Assembly: GCF_009914755.1 (NCBI RefSeq)
Contig: NC_060944.1
Direction: 5' to 3' (one strand)
DNA from: the human T2T-CHM13v2.0 reference genome, Homo sapiens
Length of the DNA stretch: 64,000 nt
Below the pieces are notes generated by a model. The model was not told the DNA's origin. It worked only from the letters and a program-made list of their open reading frames with translations, and did not search any database. A program made the translations under genes and the position numbers. Numbering within the stretch: position 1 is the first letter of the stretch; each line of letters starts with the position of its first letter. Below, in pieces: positions 51,271 to 64,000 of this stretch.

Positions 51271-52014
51271 CAAGTTTCTTTTGAAGTCTTATAGTGACTA
51301 CCCTTGGAGACAATAGATGAGAAATGTTTCCTATTCAGATCTTTAAAAGGCACTAGACTCTTAATTAATCTCTTTGGGATTGGGAGGGCCTGGAAGAAAA
51401 AGATCTAGCTATGCAAATAGAGATTCTTTACAGGTGCACATTTTCCCCCACAAAGGACAGCTTTGCAGGGCCGTTTCCAGAAACATGTTTTGGGATAAAA
51501 TATTTTTATTTTCTTTCTTGCCTCATAATGTTTTCCAACTTGCCAGAGTCAGGTTGGAAAGTAAGTCACGATATATAGGGCTAAATAAAACCCATCTGAT
51601 GAAAATTTATGGTTTGTAGGGCATGACTCCCCAGACCCCTTAGATAGGAATTTGGGCAAGATAAAAAATCAAAGCTTAGTCCTCACCAGTCACAAAAGAC
51701 TACACACTGGATGATTTGATTTATATTAAATGTCTATAAAAGGCAAATCCACAGAGACAGAAGGCAGGTTAGCGGTTGCCTGGGGATGAGGTGGAGCAAG
51801 GGATAGCATGAATAAGGAATGGCTGCTCATGTGCAAGGGGTTTCTTCCTGGCGTGGTCAAGAGTTCTCAAATTAAATGTGGTGATAGCTTCACAACTCCA
51901 TGAATATACTAAAACCACTGAGACAGACACTGTAAAGGGGTAAATCTTACAGTGCATGAAATATACCTCAGTAAAACTATGTTTAAAAGTGAGGGGTAAC
52001 TATATTAATAAAAC

Positions 52015-52205
52015 CATGGGTGTCCAATCTTCTGGCTTCCCTGTGCCACATTGGAAGAAGAAGAATTGCCTTGAGCCACACATAAAATACACTAACACTA
52101 ACAATAGCTGATGAGCTAAAAGAAAACTACACACGAAAAAAGTTTCATAATGTTTTAAGAAAGTTTATGAATTTGTGTTGAGCCTCATTCAAAGCCATCC
52201 TGGGC
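52015..52205. mobile_element. MER30 MITE (truncated, fused to a minus-strand Alu fragment at 52205-52292)
   Basis: ggtgtccaatcttctggcttccctg...cacattggaagaagaagaattg. Confidence 0.8.
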
Positions 52206-52699
52206 TGGTCTCAAACTCTTGAGCTCAAGCAATCCTCCAGCCTCGTCCTCCCAAGGTGCTGGGATGACAGGTGTGAGCCACTGCGTCTGGCCACCTGGAC
52301 TTCTATGGAGTGCAGAAGTCCATGGTAATGACCTGAACTTAGCATTTCATCAGACTTGGTGATGAAGCCAGGAAACAGGACAAGCACTGGGCCCTGACAG
52401 ACAGCTTCCCATGGTGAGGGCAGAGGAGGAATATACTCAGCAGGACGGTGCATGCTGCAGGGAGCAGTGGCTCCTGTCACTGTGAGACTGTGCTGGGAAA
52501 GCCTCTGTAAATCAGCCCCATGGGGCATCACACACCCTGGGAGAGAGATCCATGTCGTAAAACCAAAGGGTTGTATCCCCAAGGCCCAAACCTCACAGTG
52601 CTCCAGGAAGGCTGGCTAGTACAACCAAAATAATGGAATCATTAGAGGCCCAGGTGGCTCTGATGGGAGCCCAACTTTGGTGACAAAAAGAAAATAACA

Positions 52700-53426
52700 T
52701 TTTAAAAAATATTTATAAATGTAGTGCATTTTTGTTACATGAATATGTTGCATAGCGATGAAGCCTGGACTTTTAGTGTAACCATCACCCGAATAATGTA
52801 AATGGTATCCAACAGGTACTTTTTCATCCCTCAACCCCCTTCCACCCTCCCACCTTGTGGAGTCTCCAGTGTCTATTATTCCACTCTGTATGTCCATGTG
52901 TACACATTGTTTAGCTCCCACTTATAAGTGAGAATGTGGTATTTGACTCTCTGTTTCTGAGTTATTTTAGGTAGGATCATGGCCTCCAGTTCCATCCATA
53001 TTGGTGCAAAAGACATTCTTTCTTTCTTTTTTATGGTTGAGTAGTATTCCATGGTGTATGTATACCACATTTTCTTTACCCCATCATCTGCTGATGGACA
53101 CTTAGGTTAATTCCATGACTTTGTTATTGTAAATAATGCTGCAATAAACGTACGAGTGCAGGTATCTTTGTCATAAAACGATTCATTTCCCTTTGGGTAG
53201 ATACCCAGTAGTGGGAGTGCTAGGTCAAATGGTAGCTCTAGTTTTAGTTCTTTCAGAAATCTCCATACTGTTTTCCATGGAGGTTGTACCAATTTACATT
53301 CCCACCAATAGCGTATGTGTTCCCTTTTCTCTGCATCCTCACCAACATCTGTTGCTTTTTGACTTTTTAATAATACATTGACCTAGGGAAAGAATTTATG
53401 ACAAAGACCTCAAAAGCAATGCAACA
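52700..53426 (-). mobile_element. L1PB/MA 3' fragment with inverted 5' piece
   Basis: Minus-strand L1 to ~53375, then sense ORF2 piece acattgacctagggaaagaatttatgacaaagacctcaaaagcaat. Confidence 0.7.
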
Positions 53427-54360
53427 GACAGGGTGCAGTAGCTCATGCCTGTAGTCCCAGCACTTTGGGAGGCAGAGGCGGGTGGATCGCTTAAGGCCAG
53501 GAGTTCGAGACCAGCCTGGTCAATGTGGTGAAATCTTGTCTCTACTAAAAATACAAAAATTAGCCGGGCGTGGTGGCACACATCTGTAGTCCCAGCTACT
53601 CAGGAGGCTGAGGCACTGAGGTGAAATTTTTCCCTTGACCCCCTTCATGGGCAGGAACTGGAGTCACTCATCTCATTCACCCTGCAGTTCATGGATGGCT
53701 AAGTGTTAACAACTTGGTGAAGGGTCAGGGTGACAGCCTCCTGCACCTGCCCTTTTTGACACCCAAGTTCTTGTTTGGTGTCCAGGAAGAATCAGGTCAT
53801 ATGAACTATTTGAAGGGTAGTATGTGAAGGATTTTACTGGGCAGTAAAAGTGGCTCTCAGCAGGACAGGGAATTGGAAGGGAGATGGTGCGGGAAGGTGA
53901 TCTTTCCCTGAAGCCACACCATCTGAAGTTAACTATGTCTATCCGTAGTCGCCGACGCTCAGCCGCATGTATCCCTGATACTCAGCAGCTTGCAGCCCTG
54001 ACCACTTGCATCAGCCGCTTGTGTTGTTCTTTCAGCTGAAGTCTTTTTATGGGCACAGCATAGGGGCGTGGCAGGCCAAAAAGGCAATCATTTGGGCAGA
54101 AAAATGGGGTCAGCTGTTTTCACGCAGGGCCGAGGTTCCAGGCTTGAGGGTGGAGTTTAGCTGGGAACCCAGACCTGCAGGGTCAGCTGCTTTCACTTAG
54201 GGCCAAGGTTCCAGGCTTGAGGGTAGGGTTTAGCTGGAACCCAGCCATTCTGTATCAGCAGGAGAATCACTTGAACCTAGGAGGTGGAGGTTGCAGTAAG
54301 CCAAGATGAAGCCACTGCACTCCAGCCTGGGCAACAGAACAAGACTCTTTCTCAAAAAAG
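53427..54360 (+). mobile_element. AluS split by an LTR (53427-53616 and 54258-54360)
   Basis: ...ggaggctgaggca | gcaggagaatcacttgaacc. Confidence 0.9.
53617..54257 (-). mobile_element. ERV1 solo LTR (LTR27/28-like)
   Basis: TG...CA termini (tgaggtgaaatttttcccttgacc...tctgtatca); 4-bp TSD gcac/gcag. Confidence 0.7.
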
Positions 54361-54960
54361 AGCTCCTCCTGGAGGGAGGAGCTGTGGTGCTGGAACTCTG
54401 GAAACAACTCTTTCTGTGTGTATTAGCATCTGTGCATCAGGGCTGGTCCCAGCAGATCCGTCCTGTGACTCTCTTTCCCCTGTGGCCTCCCCTCCCTAGG
54501 AGGGAGATGGGGTTCCCAGCTGGCTCCTGGGCCCTCGTGTTGGCCTGTCCTGCCACGCTATCCTAACTGGTCAGGCCCATGGTTTGAGTTCAAGCAGCAA
54601 TCCCAGACACATGCTCCCAGGGTTCTTGGATGTCACTAACAACCCTCACTTCTTTTACATCATTCAATTGGGCTGCATTCACAGACTGTTTCTCAATTTC
54701 TCCTCTAAACAGGTATGAGTTTCTTATAATCCCATTTCCAGGATGAGGGAGGCTGTCCTTTGGGCACTGATGTGGAGGATAAACTTGCAAAGCTCTCCCA
54801 GATAAAGAGAAAAATGATAAAGTGATGAAAAATGAGAGAGAAGATGATAGATATAAAAGTATAGAAACCAGAGATCAACCCAAGAACAGAGGGTGTTCCT
54901 GAGTAAGAAGCAACAACCATTAGACTAGAACAAATAATCAAAGGCATAATTAAGAAAAAC

Positions 54961-55677
54961 CGAAACTGCCATTGCAAAATTATAACTGAAACAGTGACAG
55001 AGTTCTGAGCTAACCCACTCCATCTTGCTTCTAACCTCCAAGCTGCCCTTGTTCATTCCTGGGTGTAGGCTGAGCTAACTTTAGGAGGAATTTAGTTTAT
55101 AGTTTATTGTTTGAAACAAAGATAGCATCCCTTTCAAAACAAACCCCCTTCTTGCCTGGGGACTAGACTGCCTTTGTATTATAGGACTAACAAATTAGTC
55201 AAAAAATTAGAAATTATGGTTTAAGAGTCATGCAGCTGGAGACAGATTCTGACCCTCCCCAAATTGCTCCTGGGGATAATATCACTATTGTAAAACCTAA
55301 GATCAGTGCTTAGGATATTTCGCAGTTCCTGCATTTGGTGAATCAGCTGGCACCACCCAGATTGGTAACTGGCTCGTCTGATCTTGTGGTCCCCACTCAG
55401 GAACTGACTCAGCGCAAGAAGACATCTTCGACTTCCTATGATTTTATCTCTGACCCAACCAATGAGCACTCCTAACTCATTGCCCCCCACCACCAAATTA
55501 TCCTTAAAAACTCTGACCCCAGAATACTTGAGGAGACTGATTTGAGAAATGATAAAACTCGGGTCTCCCGTACAGCCAGTTCTGCGTGAATTACTCTTTC
55601 TCTATTGCAATTCCCCTATCTTGATGAATCATCTCTGTCTAGGCAGTGGGCAAGGTGAACCCTATTGGGCAGTTACA
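54961..55677 (+). mobile_element. LTR8 solo LTR
   Basis: cgaaactgccattgcaaaattataactg...ggtgaaccctattgggcagttaca; TSD aaac. Confidence 0.85.
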
Positions 55678-56217
55678 AAACTGTCCCAAGAATGAAAAGA
55701 TTAAATCTGAATATTTAAATTCAAAGAACTCTTTACATTGCAGGAAACATCTGTGAAAAGAAGAGCTCTGTACCCAGGACATCCTGGCAGAATTCGATTT
55801 ACTTTATTAAAAAGAAAATTAACTTTTCCATTATGAAAAGAATAAAGAATATACAAATATATTCTAAGAAAATACAGATTAGCAAAAGGAAGGAATAAAA
55901 ATCATCCATTGCACTACCACCCAGAAAAATACTCTGTTAATGTTTTGGCACATCTCTTTTAGTCCTATTAATATACATATTATTTTTTACATAATTGCAA
56001 TTTACACAATATCAAAAATTTAAATTTTCTATCATTTAAAAACACTTTTAAAATTATAAAATTAATACATGCTAATGAAAAGGTTTAAAATTGGAGGGAA
56101 AATACGAAGAAAAAGGTTGCCCAGAATCCACTTACCCAGAATTAACCACAGTTAATACTGGGGTGCATTTCTTCATAGCCTTATCTGCACTTTTGTACAT
56201 AATCTAATCTAATTCTT

Positions 56218-56520
<303 letters not shown>

Positions 56521-57172
56521 TAATCTAATCTAATTCTTAAACATTGTTAATATGGAGCATTTCAGAGACTCCAGACAGTAAATGATGTAAAGGCTTATGG
56601 AGGGGATAAAAGGTTAGCCACAAGGTGATTTAATAGTCTTTCATTTTAAATAAAGCCTAAATACTCAAGATAATTCAAAATGAGTTTCAAACATGCAAAA
56701 ACCCATACAAAACATGTAGTAACTCTTCTATTAATACCTGAGGTTTAAGTGGCTTAGCCACGATAAGCAGCATTGGAACGTGACAGCACACACTTGTTTA
56801 AGTTCCGTGAAGTAGTGAGGCTTTCATGACAAGCCTGTTTTCTGGTTCTAGGAGAGCCATACAAGTAGGAAAGGAGGAAGCAGAAGGGCCAGGCCTCATT
56901 ACTACCACAGACCCCACATCATCCCATTAGAATTTGGACTTTGGGGCCCAAGCTGAATAAATTCTTTTGTACTGCAACAGTTTCATGGGGGAAGAGAGGC
57001 AAGAGCTGTGCTCAAAGGGAAACACATCGCCTTAAATGCTCTCATTGTGACATGAGGAGAAATGGAAAAATTAACCCAGCACTCAACACAGTAACATAAA
57101 GAAGACTGAAAGAAGAATGTAATAAAAATAACAACTAAGTGTGAGGGAGAAAATGAAAAATCTGTAAATTGA

Positions 57173-57810
<638 letters not shown>

Positions 57811-57981
57811 GATACAATTCTAAAAGACTGAATTTATCATCTGATGAATTGACTGGGCCTGCATGGGTACATTTTTAAAATAAGCTAGGAAGGGGGAAAG
57901 CCTTCTTAAGCATGAACATGAAACCTGGAAGCCACAAAGGACATGATAAATGAATGTGACTAACAATATTAAATTTATTAA

Positions 57982-58268
57982 TTTTTTTTTATTTGAGACA
58001 GTCTCACTCTGTCACCCAGGCTGGTGTGTAGTGGCACAATCTTGGCTCACTGCAACCTCTCCCTCTGGGGTTCAAGCGATTATCCCGCCTCAGCCTCCTG
58101 AGTAGCTGGTACTATGGGCATGTACCACCACACCTTCCTAATTTTTTAAATTTTTAGTAGAGAGGGGTTTTGCCATGTTGCCCAGGCTGGTCTGAAACTC
58201 CTGACCTCAAGTGACTGCCCACCTCGGCCTCCCAAAGTGCTGGGATTTATAGGCATAAGCGCCTGGCC
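57982..58268 (-). mobile_element. AluJ/S
   Basis: Reverse Alu. Confidence 0.9.
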
Positions 58269-58307
58269 ACAATTTTACATTTCTACACTGTAAAGGTATG
58301 TTTGTGC

Positions 58308-58308
<1 letters not shown>

Positions 58309-58351
<43 letters not shown>
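58309..58351. repeat. (TG)n microsatellite
   Basis: Directly visible, about 21 units. Confidence 0.95.
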
Positions 58352-58352
<1 letters not shown>

Positions 58353-59069
58353 TTAAATGAAATCAAAAGAAAATATCTGTAATGAAAAAGACCAAAATTA
58401 ATTTCCCACTTATCAAAAAGTTTGCATAAATCAGTAGTGAGAAAAACCACCTTATTAAAAAAATTAGAGAAGTATGTGAACAGACTTATTACAGGGCAAA
58501 AAATACAAATGATCAATACACATGAAAAGATGTCCAACCTTCCAATAACATAAATTTGAATCACTAAATATAACTTTTTAATGTATCCAAGTACCAAAAT
58601 GTAAAAGATTGATAATAAGTTATGTTGGCAACAGCGTGGAGAACACATGTGTTCTGATACCAGGAATGCAAATGGGTGTCCTTTTTTGTTGAGAAATCTG
58701 GCAATATCTATGAAAATTTTAAGCATGCCCACTTATGGAATGTGTCTTACAGAAATCACTTGCACAAGGAGGCAAAGATAATGTACAAAGATATTGTATA
58801 TAGAAGCATAAATTCTTGGTGTTGGAAAGGAACCTGTGGGGTACCCAGTCCAAGCTTTGAGGTCCACTCCAGTGCCAGGATGCCCTGGGCTACATCCCTG
58901 ACTCTCTCTGCCTGGGTGTCCCTTAGATCTTATATGGTTGGTGACTGTATAATCTAGTAACATATAGGCCTTTCAAACCATGAGCAGAATATCTTCAGGA
59001 ACTTGTGTGAGCATCAGACACCTACTCTCCTCCGAGTGCCCAATGGTCCTTCACTGGGAGCACTTAAGG

Positions 59070-59235
59070 CAGCGTTTCTCAAACTTCAATGTACAAACAA
59101 ATTATCTGAGGCTCTTGCCAAAATGCAAATACTGATTTGGTCTGGGATGGGCCTGAGATTCTGCCTTTCTAACCAGCTCCCAGGTTAGATGATGCGGATG
59201 CTGCTGGTCCAGGGACCACAGTCTGAGTAGCAAGG
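59070..59235. mobile_element. MER5A-type hAT MITE
   Basis: cagcgtttctcaaactt...ttctaaccagctcccagg...gctgctggtccagggaccac. Confidence 0.75.
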
Positions 59236-59639
59236 TCATGAGACGTACTCTATTTTCTACCTTTGGTCTTCTTGTTTTCACACCTGGGTTTTCCATCAAG
59301 TATGTAGGCATCAGTCCCGTGACTCTCATGTCCTACAGATAGGCCCCATGACTTGGTCATGCCCTTAGCATTGACCTCGTACACTCATGCTCCACTCCAC
59401 TATTTTCACCATCTGTTCTCCTGTAGAGCAGGGTAGTAGGTGATGGCTGTGGCCACCACAGACTCCTAACTCAGACACCAGACCGTATGTCCTTCCTGCT
59501 CAAGGTCATCCCAGCTGCTCCTCAATATGCCAGGCAGACCGCATCTCTGGCACCAGCACTTGTTGCCCCCTGTGCCCAGAATTCCACTCTCCCAGACATC
59601 CACGGAGCTTGACTCTCATTTCCTTCTAGTATCTACTCA

Positions 59640-60075
59640 AATAGGAGAAAGCAGGGCTAGAGATGCAAATTTGGGTGTCACCAGCAAACAGATATTGTTT
59701 AAAACCATGAGACCAGAGGAGATCACTCGGAGAGTATAGACAGAGGCAAATGGGAGCCTTGGCTGAAGTCCTGTGGCAGCACCCACGTACAGGATGAGGA
59801 GGAGGAAGAGGGGGAGGCAGCAACAAGAGGAGTGCCAGTGGGAGACAAGGGAACCAGGTATGGGGCACTCAAGAAGCCAAGAGAAGAGCATGGCTGGAGA
59901 AGGATGGCGTGATCAGCACTCCTGTGTAAAAGCAGCAGCTTGAACACTCATGAAAATACCGTGGGCGGTGAGCACAGGGAGAATGGGGGAGGAGATGCAG
60001 CAAGGGCACTTTGGAGAGGTCACTAAGGTCGCTGATCCCTGGAGTCGAATGCTGGGTTGGCAGTGAGGAAGCCAA
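59640..60075 (-). mobile_element. L2 relic
   Basis: gggctagagatgcaaatttgggtgtcaccagc...aaaaccatgagaccagaggagatcac. Confidence 0.6.
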
Positions 60076-60697
60076 AGGCCTGCCCTGTTTTTACCATTGA
60101 ATCCCCAAAAGGCTGATTAATTGGTGACACCTGGCCCCTCTGGACATGAAGATGGAGGAAAAGGCTGAAGTAATGAGAACTGGAAAAAAGCTGTTTAAGG
60201 AATTGTCAGATCCCCAGATCTCCCCAACTCTGTTTAGCCAGATCACTGACTTTCTGCCCTCCCCTGCAGAAAGCCAGAGATTCATTTCAAGAGGGTGAAT
60301 ACAGGATCTGGTTAGGAGACACTGAACTCAGTGGAAAGCAAGGAGTCACACTGAGAACAGGAGAACTACATGAGTGTGGGCACTGCGGATGCTGGGGCAG
60401 CCCTATCCCATCCCCCAGCCTCATTCCTCATGCGGTTCCCAGAACGCCAGCCACCATCCCAACAGGAAGCAGAGAGGTTTCCAGTCAAAGGGCCCAGACA
60501 GTTGAAGCTGCCAAGCCCCACCTGTGCACTCGGAGCATCCAATCAGCTGTGAAGGGCTCACCCTTCCACACGAGCAGATTGCCAGATGGCTGAGGAAGAA
60601 AGGTACAGGAAAGATAAATCCCAAACCAATACAAAATAATCAACTGGAAGACACTGGAACTATACAAGGAGAAGAACACTTCAAAAAAAATCATGAG

Positions 60698-61074
<377 letters not shown>

Positions 61075-61415
61075 CTACTAACTCTGAGTTACATTGTATG
61101 ACACTTAGTTGATGTCTACCAGAGAATTGGGGTTTTTTTTGGTGGGAAGAAATCCCACATGTCAGTGACCAGAGGTGAAGTATTGTATAGTGAGTGTGAG
61201 TAGAAAATTTGTTTAAAGTTTGGGTGCTTTTTAAAAAATATTTCTTACAACTATATTTAGATGGTAGAAGAAAACAAATCCAGAAAGATTGCACAGCAGA
61301 TGTGATATTTGAATGTGGAGCTGGAAGTATACCAAGGATTTCACCCAGGTGGACAAAGATAGGGAGAATATTCAAAGCAGAGACAACAATTGATACAAAA
61401 AAAAAAGATGAAAGG

Positions 61416-61700
61416 GGCCAGGCGTGGTGGCCTGTAATCCCAGCACTTTGGGAGGCTGAGGTGGGCAGATCACCTGAGGTCAGGAGTTTGAGACCAGCCT
61501 GGCCAATGTGGTGAAACTCCATCTCTACTAAAAATACAAAAATTAGCCAGGTGTGGTGGCGGGCACCTGTAGCCCTAGCTACTCCTCAGGAGGCTGAGGC
61601 ATGAGAATTGTTTGAACCTGGGAGGTGAAGGTTGCAGTTAGCTGAGATTGCGCCACTGCACTCCATCCTGGGCCACAGAGCGAGACTCTGTCTCAAAAAA
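61416..61700 (+). mobile_element. AluSx
   Basis: TSD (a)n-gatgaaagg. Confidence 0.93.
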
Positions 61701-62092
61701 AAAAGATGAAAGGGTAAGCGTGGTATGAGATAGCACATCAACCCAAAATGGATTGGCATTCAACACCAAATAATTGATTTTCACTCATGCATCCTCAGGT
61801 TGCCTGGGATTGGGCCAACATAGACTGAGTTTGGCAGGCTTGGATCTCAATTGCAGGTTGGATCCAGGAGTATTTCATCCTCTTTGGACCAACAGCTGTC
61901 TAAGGCAGGCTCTTTTCATGATGGAGGCAGAAGAACAAGAAAACAAGCACATTTCAAGCCTCTGGACCCACCGCGTCCACTAACATGCCATTGGCCAGCA
62001 TAATTTACATGGACAAGCTCAACACTAATGGGTTGGATAAGTATATTCCTCACTCACAAAAGCTTAAACTTTATTCCTGAACAATAAACTCT

Positions 62093-63220
<1,128 letters not shown>

Positions 63221-64000
63221 TACAGACAACTTAAAAAAAAACAAGAGTAAAAGTTATTTGACCAACATCAGCCATGTGTGGCTAATGAACACTTAAAATG
63301 TGACAGGTGTGATTGAGGAATTAAATTTTAGTTTTATTTAAATGTTTTAATGTAAATTTAAAGAGCACATGTGGCTTATAGCTATGGAACATGCAGCTGT
63401 GAACACTATAGTTAAAACTGACATTTTGATCTGAGGATTCCTTTTATTTAATCAGTTCTGAAACTATAGTTTTCTACATTTATATATTTGTTCTATTGTG
63501 AATTTTAGGATTTATTTTGATGATGTACTTTTTCTTTGTGAAGTTTAGAAATGACCATGGGGGTCATGTGGGCCAAATTAACTCAATTCCTGGACAAAAA
63601 CTATTTCCCCGACCACCCCAAGCTTCTTGCCAATGTGCGCCCTTGGGACAAGAAAGGCTAGGAGAAGCTGTGGACAAATTAAGATAAACCTGGCAATATC
63701 ATTAGACAAATAACCCAAAGTGAATCCCTCTTCTGATGGTCAACATCAGATGGTCACACAGAAATGTTATTTTCCTATGAGTAATTTTGCATTATTGTTA
63801 CATATGATTTCCACTTACAAATGCCACAAATATTATGCAAGTACCTCTCTACTGGGAAGGAATATAACAATTCTAACAAATAAACATAAAAGCAGTGTGT
63901 ACATAAGAATGCCTCTATACAATTTTTTGAGCATCAAAATCTTAGAAAGTTGAAAAATACCAATGAAATATAGCATTCTTATTCTTTCTCATTTCTTTTA

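Overview
Catarrhine primate (human-like) non-coding DNA, dominated by interspersed repeats. I can support no intact protein-coding gene, RNA gene or CRISPR array. The only gene-derived sequence is a full-length, disabled RPS4X processed pseudogene (minus strand, ~18.59-19.48 kb) inserted into the A-rich linker of an AluJ. The rest is layered transposon history: a full-length L1PA7-like element, older L1M/L2/MIR relics, about 25 Alus, MaLR (THE1/MST/MLT1) and ERV1 solo LTRs (LTR7-type, MER48, LTR8, MER4-group, MER21, LTR27-like), and DNA transposons (Tigger1, MER1B, MER8, MER5A, MER30). The most unusual structure is a 5'-truncated THE1 (LTR retrotransposon) copy. It ends at its own poly(A) site, has an A-rich tail and sits within a perfect 18-bp duplication at an L1-endonuclease-type site, so it appears to be an L1-mobilised 'processed pseudogene' of an LTR element (20.9-22.5 kb). 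Other mechanistic oddities: a tailless Alu with an intact TSD, a THE1B segment patched into an MSTA element at the homologous position, five-deep nesting, an AluY in the L1 inter-ORF spacer, and a very young AluY. I see no convincing new gene system. Repeat subfamily names come from recalled consensus sequences and need RepeatMasker/Dfam confirmation; boundaries without a stated TSD are approximate.
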